A DNA stretch of 63,035 nucleotides, the filler included, from Octopus bimaculoides (Eukaryota): NCBI RefSeq assembly GCF_001194135.2. It is 8 parts of 8 records of this genome, joined end to end, with 100 filler letters (N's around TTAATTAATTAA, not from the genome) between each part and the next. Parts side by side here need not be neighbours in the genome. Positions count along the whole stretch, not along the records: positions 9,738 to 26,719 come from NC_068990.1; positions 26,820 to 30,204 come from NC_068994.1; positions 30,305 to 53,068 come from NC_068983.1; 5 more parts are not named here. One strand, given 5' to 3'. The translations under genes were made by a program, and so were the position numbers. The notes under the pieces were generated by a model. That model was not told the origin of the DNA. It searched no databases and saw only the letters and a list, made by a program, of their open reading frames with translations. Shown piece after piece: positions 26,492 through 40,451 of the stretch. Numbering within the stretch: the stretch's first letter is position 1; each line of letters opens with the position of its first letter.

Positions 26492-26719
26492 ATCATCATC
26501 ATCATCATCATCATCATCATCGTTTAACGTCCGCTTTCCATGCTAGCATGGGTTGGACGATTTGACTGAGGACTGGTGAAACCGGATGGCAACACCAGGC
26601 TCCAGTCTGATTTGGCAGAGTTTCTACAGCTGGATGCCCTTCCTAACGCCAACCACTCAGAGAGTGTAGTGGGTGCTTTTACGTGTCACCCGCACGAAAA
26701 CGGCCACGCTCGAAATGGT
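26492..26719 (-). mobile_element. RTE LINE 3' UTR copy
   Basis: Near-identical to 24163-24321; another copy at 26095-26300. Confidence 0.8.
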
Positions 26720-27203
26720 NNNNNNNNNNNNNNNNNNNNNNNNNNNNNNNNNNNNNNNNNNNNTTAATTAATTAANNNNNNNNNNNNNNNNNNNNNNNNN
26801 NNNNNNNNNNNNNNNNNNNTTTTATATCGCCTGTCATTTAACGCATGCGCATAAGTGCAATTCCGTGTAATATTCACGCTTATTTACGTGGCAGATACCT
26901 GCAATTTAACTAAAGGTTATATCATATGTATGTTTTTTTTTTCTTTTTAGTTTGTTTATGGGGGAAATGGATAAATAGGAGTGAATATATATTTTATGAG
27001 TGCTATGTATTAAGTCTATAAAATTGTGCATAAAGTATATGAAGTGTATATATAAAGGACGTTAAGTAATCATTGTATTCCAATTTCTTTCACTTTTCAA
27101 TGAGTAACAGATGAGCGACTATCTTTCCATACAGACATAGGCTACGCTTTCAGGTTTTTTGGATAAAGTTTTCAGAAATAACCGAATAGTTTTACCATTA
27201 ATT

Positions 27204-27230
27204 CCGTGAAATATTCGCGGGTCCCGCTAG
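27204..27230 (+). mobile_element. Helitron-like 3' terminus
   Basis: CCGTG/CGCGG hairpin followed by gtcccgCTAG|T. Confidence 0.55.
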
Positions 27231-28304
27231 TTATAATTAAAAGTTTTATACTAAGGTGGATATGCACCCATTGCTTATCCTTCCTTTTCAACCAAATAGT
27301 CTCAAGTCAGATAAAAACAATCATAAATTAATATTGTCGTACCGATGTGGTTTCGATTCTAGTTGACAGTTATTACAAGACATCGTTTTTCAGCAAGTTT
27401 AAATAAACACATAAAGCGAGTCTATTAAGCATTGGGGTTGTCTACATGGTCACTGAATCAACTAGAAATGACAGTTAAATTCCCTCAATTACGACCTGCA
27501 CTCTTAAAAATAAAACACATAACTGAATAAAGTAGTATTTGACCGGGGCTAACAAGCAACTATAAAACAGTAACAATCTATTTCACTCATACCCAAAAGT
27601 ACCGAATATTTTGACCTTATAAAGATATTAAAAAATAAACATTTTTGTCCTTCTGGGTTCTAAATTAAAATTCTGTTACATTTGACATGTCTATATGTAA
27701 ACAAAATATTATGATCGTTCTAATCGATTATATTCTTCTCCGCGGAGGCAGAGTCGAGTCATTAAGAAGTTCACATCGCAATCACGAAGTCCTGCGTTTG
27801 ATATCACTACGTGCCGTCTTGGCCAATCTACCATAGATTTGAGTTCTCATAAGCCTTTTGGCATGAAGCCCGTTGCAGCGTGTTTTCGAGGTGCCCGTTA
27901 ATGGTGTCAGATGCAGATGAGTATGTGCATTCACCAAGAAAGATCACCAGTGATGATGAGGTTCTATGCGTTTACTCGGTGATGGTGTGAGCCTATCATT
28001 TTCTCAATGATGGTAACTTCCTGTGATTTCCTCAATGAGAGTGAGGGCCTATGATTTCATCAGTAACGGTAAGGATGCATGATTTCCTGAGTGATGGTGT
28101 GGGCCTAGCATTATAATAGCATATATAACACATAAAACAGACAAGTACACACGTACACACAAAGATACTCTCTCACACACAAACACATACAGGGAGATAC
28201 TCGGTGTGGGCCTAGTATTAAAATAACAGATATAACACACAAAACACACAAACATACACGTACACATAAAGATACTCACACACAAACACATACACGGAGA
28301 CACT

Positions 28305-28396
<92 letters not shown>

Positions 28397-28479
28397 GATG
28401 CACTCAATCACTCTCATACACAGACATACTCAGTCATTCATACCAATGCAACAATCACACACTCACGCGCACACACACA

Positions 28480-28511
<32 letters not shown>

Positions 28512-29099
28512 AACACACACACACAAAGAACGTACCGACACAACAGACAAGAGAACTGATATTGGTGATATATGTTTTATGACACCACCCCCGTAGTTAC
28601 TCCATTCAAGCAGAGATGCCTTTTAACAAGTATTTACATGTTGGCCAGCAATATTGGCTGAGAGAAGTTCAATCATTGTAAATTGCAATCTAACTTTTCG
28701 AAAATCAATAAACAGCATAAAATTGCCATTGCACCTTGCACTGCAAACAAGTTAACAATACACACTGCAAAAAGCGTATCTTATCGATTTTTAGAATCGA
28801 TAACAAATAATGATTTCTTAGAATGGCACAAGGTCTCGGTCCACCCTATAAAGGAATTGCACTGTCAACAACATCGATCCCAATATATACCTTTTCTTTT
28901 TTGCTTCGTTTTTTCGACCAGTTGCGGAAATATGTTGACTCTGGCAGGTTTTGAACATCTAACGTAAACAAATGAAACTATAGTTGAGCAGTTAGTTTGG
29001 CTTTCGACTATTTCTGTCACTCAATAAACATTTATGGTCGATGTATAAACGCATCTTAATACTGGACTTCCGAAAGCTCATTACACATTAATCCACAAC

Positions 29100-29198
29100 C
29101 ATTAAAATACGTTAATTTATGATCATTAAAATCACGTTAATTCTGATTATTAAAATCACATTGACTCCAACCCATTAAAAACACGTTAATTTGTGACG
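29100..29198. repeat. Degenerate ~25-bp minisatellite (attaaaatcacgttaatt..)
   Basis: About four visible units. Confidence 0.7.
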
Positions 29199-30427
29199 TT
29201 TAATGGTTTCAAATTTTGGCAAAAGTCTAGCAATTTTAGAGGAAGTAGTAGCTGATTTACATCGACCCCAGTGCTCAGTCGATACTTATTTTATCGACCC
29301 CTGGAGATGAAAGGCAAAGTCGATGTCAGGGCCGATGGTAAAAAGCCGAGGGAAATGCTGTTGAGCATTCTGTCCGGCACGGTAACGAATTTGCCAGCTT
29401 ATTGTCCCTCAGTGACGTATATCACGTTAATATATCATTGATATCTAATTTTGTTCAGTACTATCAAAGCTAATTGTTGACTAATCGTAGCATATTAATT
29501 AATCCTCGTTATTTCCGAGAAATTAGGAAAATCTCTGACCAAAAATAACAAATTAATTTCTGGTTTCTAATAATGTTGATATTCGACTATGTCATGGTAC
29601 TCTTTAGGCTCATTGAAGTAGCGTGTAAGTGGCTGAGTATTCCACAGACACGAATACTCTTAATATATTTCTCAGGTGAAATCAGCAATAACTAGGCCAG
29701 ACCTTTACATTGCAATCTATCAGATGGGTTTCTATACAGTTTCCACCTGTCCTAGTTTTATTTACAAGCAAAGTCGAAGTAAGGCTATAGAAAGTGATAC
29801 GCCACGGAGCGTTAACGAAATCGAGGTCTAATAATTGTGAAGAAGCTTCTTTTTTTTTTCTTTTAAATCATTCAGTCATACTTTAGCTACAATTAAAATA
29901 GTTACTTTTACCATTTTTAAAGCATTCTCAAAAGTCTGAGAAGTAATTACGTGACGAAAAAGAAAATGTCTAATATTATTTTGAATCATTGTTTAAATCA
30001 TTATTTTAATCATTTCAGCAACTCTGAGACAATTTACAACCTCTTTCGATATAACTGAACCACCTCTACAAAGACATTTATGTAAAATATTAGGCACGAG
30101 TTGTATGCAAAATAGAAAACTATTAAATAACAATTTAGCTAAGATTGATTAATTTAGTGCGCTTTGAAGTTTCGTGAACATTTCGCTCATGCTGATTATA
30201 TATANNNNNNNNNNNNNNNNNNNNNNNNNNNNNNNNNNNNNNNNNNNNTTAATTAATTAANNNNNNNNNNNNNNNNNNNNNNNNNNNNNNNNNNNNNNNN
30301 NNNNTGTTGGTTTTTCAGTCAATCCGAACATGAACAAGCAAGAAAAAACACGAAAAACCAACAACGCGAGGACGTGGAATAAGCACAGTGTTATTGCACG
30401 CTCAGGAAAGGAAAGAAAAGAAAGAGG

Positions 30428-30462
30428 ATTTCACGTTTCGAGCGGAGTTCTTCATCAGAAAT
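30428..30462 (-). ncRNA. Minimal type I HHR motif, probably inactive (G at position 17)
   Basis: ATTT-CTGATGA-A-GAAC-TCC-GCTC-GAAA-CG-T-G-AAAT. Confidence 0.6.
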
Positions 30463-30582
30463 ATAGGAAAAGTCCAAAGAAGAGAAGACAGAGAAAGAAA
30501 TCACCAACGATGCACACGCGGTCACCCCCCACACACAAACACACACACACACATACACACACACACACACACACACGCACAG

Positions 30583-30615
<33 letters not shown>

Positions 30616-30873
30616 CACACACAAAGAAACATACATATATCTTTTAAGTTTTACGCCTTCCATTCACTTAATTGCGCCCATGATGGGCCATCACCTCGAA
30701 GAATTTTTGCTCGACCCAATACTGTTTCAGATTTTAAAGCTTAATACATATTCTATTGGTGTCTTTTGCCAAACCACTAAGTTACGAGCACGTAAACATA
30801 CCAAAGCCATCGGTTGTCAAGTAGTTATCGTGGACAAGCACAGACTTAAAGACACTTGCAGGCACGCAGTTAT

Positions 30874-30919
<46 letters not shown>

Positions 30920-32269
30920 CCNNNNNNNNNNNNNNNNNNNNNNNNNNNNNNNNNNNNNNNNNNNNNNNNNNNNNNNNNNNNNNNNNNNNNNNNNNNNNNN
31001 NNNNNNNNNNNNNNNNNNNNNNNNNNNNNNNNNNNNNNNNNNNNNNNNNNNNNNNNNNNNNNNNNNNNNNNNNNNNNNNNNNNNNNNNNNNNNNNNNNNN
31101 NNNNNNNNNNNNNNNNNNNNNNNNNNNNNNNNNNNNNNNNNNNNNNNNNNNNNNNNNNNNNNNNNNNNNNNNNNNNNNNNNNNNNNNNNNNNNNNNNNNN
31201 NNNNNNNNNNNNNNNNNNNNNNNNNNNNNNNNNNNNNNNNNNNNNNNNNNNNNNNNNNNNNNNNNNNNNNNNNNNNNNNNNNNNNNNNNNNNNNNNNNNN
31301 NNNNNNNNNNNNNNNNNNNNNNNNNNNNNNNNNNNNNNNNNNNNNNNNNNNNNNNNNNNNNNNNNNNNNNNNNNNNNNNNNNNNNNNNNNNNNNNNNNNN
31401 NNNNNNNNNNNNNNNNNNNNNNNNNNNNNNNNNNNNNNNNNNNNNNNNNNNNNNNNNNNNNNNNNNNNNNNNNNNNNNNNNNNNNNNNNNNNNNNNNNNN
31501 NNNNNNNNNNNNNNNNNNNNNNNNNNNNNNNNNNNNNNNNNNNNNNNNNNNNNNNNNNNNNNNNNNNNNNNNNNNNNNNNNNNNNNNNNNNNNNNNNNNN
31601 NNNNNNNNNNNNNNNNNNNNNNNNNNNNNNNNNNNNNNNNNNNNNNNNNNNNNNNNNNNNNNNNNNNNNNNNNNNNNNNNNNNNNNNNNNNNNNNNNNNN
31701 NNNNNNNNNNNNNNNNNNNNNNNNNNNNNNNNNNNNNNNNNNNNNNNNNNNNNNNNNNNNNNNNNNNNNNNNNNNNNNNNNNNNNNNNNNNNNNNNNNNN
31801 NNNNNNNNNNNNNNNNNNNNNNNNNNNNNNACATTATTTGTTTCATACGCGATATTGAGATTATATGGATTCTATTACATTTCTAGGTAATTTGACATCC
31901 GGAAGATGTCATTGACCCACAGCACCACTGTCTTTTGAAAACACAAGGATTACATTTGGGTTCGAACTCACTCAGTTATGAAAAGGATGATTCACGTGCA
32001 AAACGTTGACTCTTTGGGTATAAAAGGAATCCAAATTTACCTGCTTGTCACTCGTTTCCCTCACTTGTTTGGCAGATTCCGTTATCAACTTACCGTCTGG
32101 ATGACAATTTTGTGAGTTGTTGTGATATTGCTTTTTGAATGCTTTTGTTGACGCTTTGTGTTACTGCCTTGCAGTAATTGTTAAATTGTTAAATTTATTG
32201 ATTTGTGTTAAAGACTGTTTGCTTTTTGGGAGCATTTGCTTATTTTTCCGCCGTTGAGGGGAATAATTA

Positions 32270-35200
32270 CTTTAAAAAAATCATGCTGTGCGGTAACGCA
32301 GACAATAGTACGTCGGATACTTGCCCAACAGAAAGCTCCTCAACGACACCAATGGCACCCCAGGCAATGACGCCACAAGTTTTTCCAACTCTCCTGAGTA
32401 AGACCCCCCCCCCAAAAAAAAAAATGGCATCGTATCAACAAGGAATATAGCTGTGAAAAGTTTACAAAAAGAAGAGAAAAAAAGTTTTGCAACAGCAACC
32501 GGGAGTCGAACCCGGCAACTCAATACAAAAAAAGAAGAATTTAAAAAGCACAGAAATATGTTACAAAAGGAAGGAATCTCCACAGAGAGCGTTAGAAGCG
32601 GAAAAAAGAAAAAGAATAATATACAAAACGTACAATCTTAAAAGCAGAAAAATGGACAGAAACGGTGGAAAAAGGTTTACAACAAAGATGGCCCGATGTT
32701 GAATACATAACTCGCGGCAAAATGTTTGGCACAATAGAGGTGAGAATGGTAAGTGAGGAAAAGGCGTAATACCATTCAGTTGAAACTATTAAGACGGACG
32801 ACGTGGCACTCATACATATATATATAAGAAGGAGAACATCAAGAATTGGAATAGGGGGAACTCCACCTGAGGTGGACCCCATGTGGCTGATAGCAGCCGT
32901 AACTATGAACCTGGAGGAGAAAATCATACTCTTCCAGGAGACAGTTACAGATAAAATGAGTTGGCACGGCCAAACAATTAATATGGTCGTACAGGCAGAG
33001 CCGAAAGCTCTCGAAGACATATCAGAGAAAACAGAAATAGCGGAGGAGTCCCTCATAGTGTTTGTGGAGGGACGAAAACCAAAGTGCTTCCAGTGCGGCC
33101 AACTGGAACATATCCGCTCGGAAAGTAAAGAAGGAGAGGCACAGGAAGAGGAGGAAGAAGGAGAGGACGAGAAAGAAAACCAGATAGGAAGTAAAAGGAA
33201 AATACTCCAGACAGTACCAGCTAAACCGGTGCCTGCAGACAAGAGGCCGAAGAAGACAGCTAAGAGAAAGAATGAAGAGAGAGGTTTAGCAGCATGTAAT
33301 ACAGAGGACAAGGAGTTGATGAGAGAATCAAATTTCAAGAAGACAGTAAAAATGGTAGATGAACACTCAGACAAGTATGAAAATTACGAAATCTACGATA
33401 TAAAATTCTTCATAAAATCCTGAAGAATAAATTCAGGAAAACAGTTGGGACACTGAGAAAAGACTTTCATCCTCCCATTTTTAACGACCTACTGGTTTTG
33501 ATCCTGCGTGCGGGAAAAAAAGAAGAGGTGAAATGGAAATCTTCACCTGATACCACAGAATAACTAAGGTAGGACATTATGGCTATTCGTATCAGTTGTG
33601 TAAATGTACGTGGTCTGATGTCGAGATGGGAGCAAGGGCGCTTCCTAAATGACATCAGGTCGCGGGATTTGGATGTTATCGTTGCTACAAAAACCCGGTT
33701 GAAGCGACCAAGCGATCTGCGCCCTCTGTTGGACGGCTACGATAAATACGTTTCTTTGTGTCGGGCTGCAGGTGAGAGCGGGGTATTGGTCCTATTGAAA
33801 GGAACTGGGTTTCAGAGAAAAGGTTGATTTTTTTTCTGATCCAGAAGGTAGGATTTGACATACAGAGTGTTAAGACGATCAGGCTGGTTGCTATTTATGC
33901 ATCCAACAATACTGGTAAAAAAAGTGAATATTTTCGTGACCGAGAGAAGTTTCTAGTCACATTGCATTCTTTAGTGTTGCACGCGTGGATTGTGTTGGCT
34001 CGACATCGAATAGAACAAGTAATCTTGGCTTCCGGGATCTGCTAAGTCGTTTTCAGCTAGCAGATCCATATAGGGTGGCACACCCTCAGGCTCCATTGTG
34101 GACATGGTCAAGCAGCGATGGGTCGTCCAGATCGTATATAAATATGATTCTAATTAGAAAAATAGACAAAAGTATACTTAAGTGTCCAAAGTTTTATCCA
34201 GTCAGCTACAGTGCCCACAAGATGGTCACCTGTACGCTGAACTTAGATAAGATACATAGAAAGAGCTCTGGTTATTGGAAACTAAATACGTCCCTTTTGG
34301 CGATTGTGGAGTACAGAAAACGGATTAAGACGATAATTCAATAAAGGGAATTAACAGGTGCTATCACTAATAACAAATGGTAGTACGCCCTAAAACGAAC
34401 TATAAAATATGAGTCTATGACATATCGCATAGGTCTATTAGATAAGGAACGTAAGAAAGAAAAGATCTGTATGCTGGGGAGTAGTGACACTAATCAGAAA
34501 AGACCCGGACAAGGGGGATCATATAGATAACTTCAGGCCCATCTCTCTGCTAAACATAGAAGTGAAGATTTTGACCAAGGTGATAGCAAAAAGATTGGTG
34601 CGTATCGCAGATGGTCTGATCGGGGAGGCACAGACATGTGCCATTCCCGGCAGAAGCATCCAGGATAATCTCCATCTTCTCCGCTATACCGTAGAGGGGT
34701 TTGAGACTAAAACTGGCGAAGGTGGGGTATTGGTACATTTAGACCAATCTAAGGCTTTCGATAGGGTTGACCATCGGTACCTGGTGGCCGTTCTTGCACA
34801 GTTCGGTTTGGGTCATGGCTTCCTTAGGTGGATAATACAATTGTATGATAACATTAACTCGATCGTTCGGGTGAACGGTTTTTTTAATCAAAGCTGTCCT
34901 GTATCAAACGCTCGGTTTGTCAAGGGTGTCCGCTCTCATCGCATTTTTATGTGATGGCTCTTGAGTCGTTACTGCGAAAGTTGAGTGGCATCCTGAGAGA
35001 ACCAGGATGTGGACAGTCAGTTTCAGCTTAGGCGGATGACATCACCATCAGCGTGACCAAAATGGAACACCTACAGGAAGTAGGCAAGGACATTGAGGTT
35101 TACAAGACGGTGGCAGGAGGAAACATTAACCGGGAAAAATCAGTCGGCTTGCAACTCGGCACCTGGAGGGGCAAGTCGATGCCTTCAGACAGCGTCGTAG

Positions 35201-36090
35201 GACGTTGGACGGAGGAACCGGTCAAGTTGCTAGGAGTCTGGGTTTTTTCCAGACCTCTAAGTAGAGAAGAACTGGGCTGAGGTGTCGAGCAGGGTGGCAC
35301 ACATAGTCAAGACCTGGTCTTGGCGGTGGCTATCTCTGAAAGGGAGGGCGGAGATGGCCAATGTGTTTATCGCATCGGCTATTAACTACTGCCTAACCGT
35401 CGTTCCTTGCTCGGATTCGTGGTTGATCAAGTTGGAAAGACAGCTATTTCGCTCTTTGTGAAAGGAATCGAAGTCACATATAAGACGCTCTATTTGCTGT
35501 CAAAGACCATTAAAGGGAAGACTAGGTATGCCTTGGCTAACTATGTGCAAATACGCGCTGAAGTTGAGGCATCTCTGGACTCTTCTGGATGGTGAACGGG
35601 TGTTGTCTCCGTTGGCGAAACGGATGTTTCTCTCGTTGGCTAGTTTCGGTGGACGGGAAGCCTGATGCTTTCGTAGATCAAGGTTGCTATTCCGTCACTC
35701 GGGTAATGCCAGCGGTGGGGGTTCTACAGCATTTTTCTATAGAGGCTGAATGCGACGATGGCCTGGGGGAGACTCTGGGTTTCGGATTTATTCAACTTGA
35801 CGGCCTGTTTTTTCGTAGGTTCGTGGTGAGGACGCTGGATAACTTCCAAAAGTCCTTGACCTGGCAATATTACACAAATGCCTTGCCCGTTTGGGATGAG
35901 CTTGCAATACATGGTCAATACGACTCTCCGACCTGCCCAAGATGTGAGCGGAATAAGGAAACCGTCCGCCACACTATTCTCCAGAGTCTGGTGTCGGAGA
36001 TGTGGGCTTATGCAGAACACCTAGAGTTGCAATTGATTCCAAAGTTGTCTGGAGGCCGTAGTTGAAGAGAATGGCGGTTTTATTGAATAA
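32270..36090 (+). mobile_element. Decayed Tx1/L1-type non-LTR retrotransposon (ORF1 zinc knuckle, APE endonuclease, RT)
   Basis: ORF1 KPKCFQCGQLEH (~33080). APE MAIRISCVNVRGL (33579). RT NFRPISLLNIEVKIL, LDQSKAFDRVDH, frameshifted QGCPLS and *ADDIT. C-terminal CPRCERNKETVRH; AATAAA at ~36085. Many stops and frameshifts. Confidence 0.92.
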
Positions 36091-36219
36091 ATTTACTATT
36101 TGGTATTTCAAGATATTTTAATGTAATTTGGGTAGATATATCTTTTAAAATGAGATGTCAGAGTTATTTTCATTTTTGCATAATTTAGACGACAATTTAT
36201 TCACCGCACCCTGTGTGTA

Positions 36220-36258
<39 letters not shown>

Positions 36259-36408
36259 NNNNNNNNNNNNNNNNNNNNNNNNNNNNNNNNNNNNNNNNNN
36301 NNNNNNNNNNNNNNNNNNNNNNNNNNNNNNNNNNNNNNNNNNNNNNNNNNNNNNNNNGTGTGTATGTGTGTGTGTATGTATGTGCGTGTGTATTTGTGTG
36401 TGTGTGTA

Positions 36409-36439
<31 letters not shown>

Positions 36440-37595
36440 ATGTGTGTGTGTCTGTGTGTGTGCGTGCGTGCGTGTGTGAGTGTGTATAAATTTTCGTCAT
36501 CTTTATACAAAATTTTAAGATATTTATAACGATTTTTAAAATTTTGGGCCTGAAAATTTTATATTTATGTAATTTTATAATAAGTACAATAGTGCATCAC
36601 GAAACATACTAGATCTATTTTTTCCACAAATCATGTTTTCACAAAAAAAGTAGGGACTTATCATAAAAAGGAGTGAATCTTTTATACCGGCAAATACATA
36701 CGCTGCCTTCTCCATCACACAGACACAAGGCATCTTCAGTGTGCTTAACCTTTCAGTGTATGCTATGATGTCGGTATACACGTCTGGTGTAAAATGGTAT
36801 TACATAAATAAATAGTTGGTTGTGGTTATCTAAAAATAATCAATCGCAGAAATATATGTTAACACAGAATGCACTCCGTACTACTCGAACGTGGGTACGA
36901 TATTCAGTATCCACTGTTCAACTACCAACTGTTAAACCAACACATGTCGAACTAACATGATAAACCAACACGGTCAAACTAACACGGTCAAACTAACACG
37001 GTCAGCTACCCCCTCTGACAGTTCATTCAGTTCATATTTATTGTAATCGGTTAGTCCATCTTCAGCCACGTGGGGGTGTTCAGGATTCTCCCATAGCAGT
37101 ATGGGAGCCAGCAGTTTATTATTTTAGGCGTTCATCTTTCTCCTTTATATAATATACGCCAAACTAATGAGGTGCTGATAATGACCAGCCAATTAGAAGA
37201 AATAAAGAAAATAATTACAGGAAAGCAAAGTGGTATTTGGTATTTTATACCATTTCAGGTTCCGTTCCTATCAAAAATATTTGCGCTTGTGAATAATTAA
37301 CATTTAAATAAATCAAACAAACGAAAGACCGTGCTTTTCTCTTTCTCAATCCTCTACTCCATGCTTTTTCTTACTTTCTCTTCTCCTTTTCAGTTCTTTC
37401 TCACTTTCTTTCTCTTACTTTCACACTACCTTCTCCTTTCCCCTCATAATTACATAGAATTCAATGACTAAGTAGTGATTGATTCCCGATCATTATATCA
37501 TAAAGATCAATGATACTTCACCTATAAATATCAACTGCTCAAATAATTATTTACTTACACATTCTTTTTTCAATATCAATTTTCAGACCAAGCAA

Positions 37596-37655
<60 letters not shown>

Positions 37656-37715
37656 GTTGTTGTTGTTGTTGTTGTTGTTCTTCTTCTTCTTCTTCTTCTT
37701 CTTCTTCTTCTTCTT

Positions 37716-37746
<31 letters not shown>

Positions 37747-37768
37747 TTATTATTATTATTATTATTAT
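37596..37768. repeat. Compound (ATT)n(GTT)n(CTT)n(ATT)n microsatellite
   Basis: Directly visible. Confidence 0.95.
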
Positions 37769-38545
37769 NNNNNNNNNNNNNNNNNNNNNNNNNNNNNNNN
37801 NNNNNNNNNNNNNNNNNNNNNNNNNNNNNNNNNNNNNNNNNNNNNNNNNNNNNNNNNNNNNNNNNNNNNNNNNNNNNNNNNNNNNNNNNNNNNNNNNNNN
37901 NNNNNNNNNNNNNNNNNNNNNNNNNNNNNNNNNNNNNNNNNNNNNNNNNNNNNNNNNNNNNNNNNNNNNNNNNNNNNNNNNNNNNNNNNNNNNNNNNNNN
38001 NNNNNNNNNNNNNNNNNNNNNNNNNNNNNNNNNNNNNNNNNNNNNNNNNNNNNNNNNNNNNNNNNNNNNNNNNNNNNNNNNNNNNNNNNNNNNNNNNNNN
38101 NNNNNNNNNNNNNNNNNNNNNNNNNNNNNNNNNNNNNNNNNNNNNNNNNNNNNNNNNNNNNNNNNNNNNNNNNNNNNNNNNNNNNNNNNNNNNNNNNNNN
38201 NNNNNNNNNNNNNNNNNNNNNNNNNNNNNNNNNNNNNNNNNNNNNNNNNNNNNNNNNNNNNNNNNNNNNNNNNNNNNNNNNNNNNNNNNNNNNNNNNNNN
38301 NNNNNNNNNNNNNNNNNNNNNNNNNNNNNNNNNNNNNNNNNNNNNNNNNNNNNNNNNNNNNNNNNNNNNNNNNNNNNNNNNNNNNNNNNNNNNNNNNNNN
38401 NNNNNNNNNNNNNNNNNNNNNNNNNNNNNNNNNNNNNNNNNNNNNNNNNNNNNNNNNNNNNNNNNNNNNNNNNNNNNNNNNNNNNNNNNNNNNNNNNNNN
38501 NNNNNNNNNNNNNNNNNNNNNNNNNNNNNNNNNNNNNNNNNNNNN

Positions 38546-38992
38546 TGATCTTTGACAACTATATCTGGTCTATTTGCCTTAATTTCTCTATCTGTGTGTA
38601 TTGGCATATCCCAGAGTATGGTTGCTTTCTCGTTTTCTGTGACCTTTTCTGGCGTGTGTTTATACCATCTTTTTTCTGTTGTTATTCCAGTGTTGGCATA
38701 GCTTCCACTGTATATAGGTCCCAGCTCTGTCGTGTCTGTGAATATATTCCTTCTTAGCCAGGACTGGGCAGCCAGAGATAATATGATTTATTGTTTCTTG
38801 TCCATCTCCACATATTCTACAGTTACTTGTTATATTTCTTTTCATTATTTGTTTTTGGTAATTTCTGGTGGGGAGGCTTTGTTCTTGTGCAGCAATTAAA
38901 AATCCTTCAGTCTCTGCTTTGAGTCCTGAGCTTCTCAGCCATTGCTGGGATTTTTCTCTGACTATTTATTTCGCATTTAGTTTATCCCAGTA

Positions 38993-38996
<4 letters not shown>
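38546..38996 (-). mobile_element. R4/Dong-like restriction-endonuclease LINE C-terminal fragment
   Basis: WLRSSGLKAETEGFLIAAQEQSL..CRICGDGQETINHIISGC (CCHC)..RHD..ILWDMPIHTD..NRPDIVV. Confidence 0.85.
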
Positions 38997-39064
<68 letters not shown>

Positions 39065-39151
39065 CATGATTGTTATCATTATTATTATTATTATCATCAT
39101 TATTAATATTATTATTATTATTTTATTGTTGTTGTCATTATTTTATTGTTG

Positions 39152-39223
<72 letters not shown>

Positions 39224-39573
39224 TTGTTGGTGTTGCTGTTGTTGTTTTCGTTATTGTTATTTTCGTTGCTGCTGTTCGTGGTTGAGTCAAACACTGTTTT
39301 GCAGATCACACTTCGAAGAATGGATAATTAGATAATTACTACATAGAGTAGACTTTTTTAAAAAACTTACAGATACTTTCGAAAAGCATGACGTTTAAAA
39401 AAAATTTATAATGTTTATTATTTGTGGGGTACAAATATTTCTTTAAACTGACTAAAAACGCAAAAACAAAAGTATAAAAAATATTGGCTATAAAATTTCT
39501 AACTGACATCCAGTGAAAGAAATATGTAAGACCTAAATGTCTCTTTTTCTTTCTCCCGTCTCTCTCTCTAAAT

Positions 39574-39628
<55 letters not shown>

Positions 39629-40159
39629 CACACTTATACACACAGAAACACACAGAAACACACAGAAACATCCTTACACGCGCGCGAGCGCGTATACGCA
39701 TTCAGACAAACTTTATACAAAAAAGGGGAAAGCATTACAAATAAAGACATATGTTACAAAAATAAGAACATTAATAACAATTCTATTAAAACCACTGATA
39801 AACAAATGTTTTTCTCTGTTTGTGCGTGTGTGTGTGTGTGTGTGTCCATTCGAATTATTACCTCCCTTGGTTTGAACGTAGCACAGAAAATTGACACGAA
39901 CAAGGAGAATAAAATTACAATTCTATTAAAAGAACTAATAAACAATGCCATTGTCTCTTGTCAAAGTTCGCTCACATAGCCTTTTAGCGCCATGTTAAAA
40001 CATTAAGAACATAACAAATGATGTCATTTTGCTCACGTACCTTCCAAATCCACTCACAAGCTTTGGCCGGCCCGTGGCTATAGTAAAAGACACTTGCTAA
40101 AGACAACACGCAGTGGAACTAAACCGGGAACCATGTTGTTGGGATGCAAACGTGACAGT

Positions 40160-40449
40160 AAACTTGCCGAAGCATGTTCAATGTCTCTATAGCATATTTC
40201 TCAAGTTTAATGCAAAATATCACATTGGCTCTTTGTTCCAGCTTCCTGTCCATGAAAACTTCGCAGACTACAGCATACATGTTATCACAAAAACCCAACT
40301 TTCGCAATTTAGGAAGCAAACACAGTGATGTCTCTTAGTAGGCTTCCTCATGAAAGTCACTGCTAATTCTCACTGCGCATACAACCGTATGCTGCCAACT
40401 TTTGGCGCGCTACAGAAGTAGTCCGGGAACATTGTGATACCACCTCGTA
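40160..40449 (-). mobile_element. mariner 5' end (TIR + transposase N-terminus)
   Basis: TIR-like TACGAGGTGGTATCACAATGTTCCCGGACT, then MDRKLEQRANVIFCIKLEKYAIETLNMLRQVY. Confidence 0.75.
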
Positions 40450-40451
40450 TA

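Noticed and set aside
32592-33374. 260-aa minus-strand ORF
   Set aside because: Antisense shadow of Tx1 ORF1.
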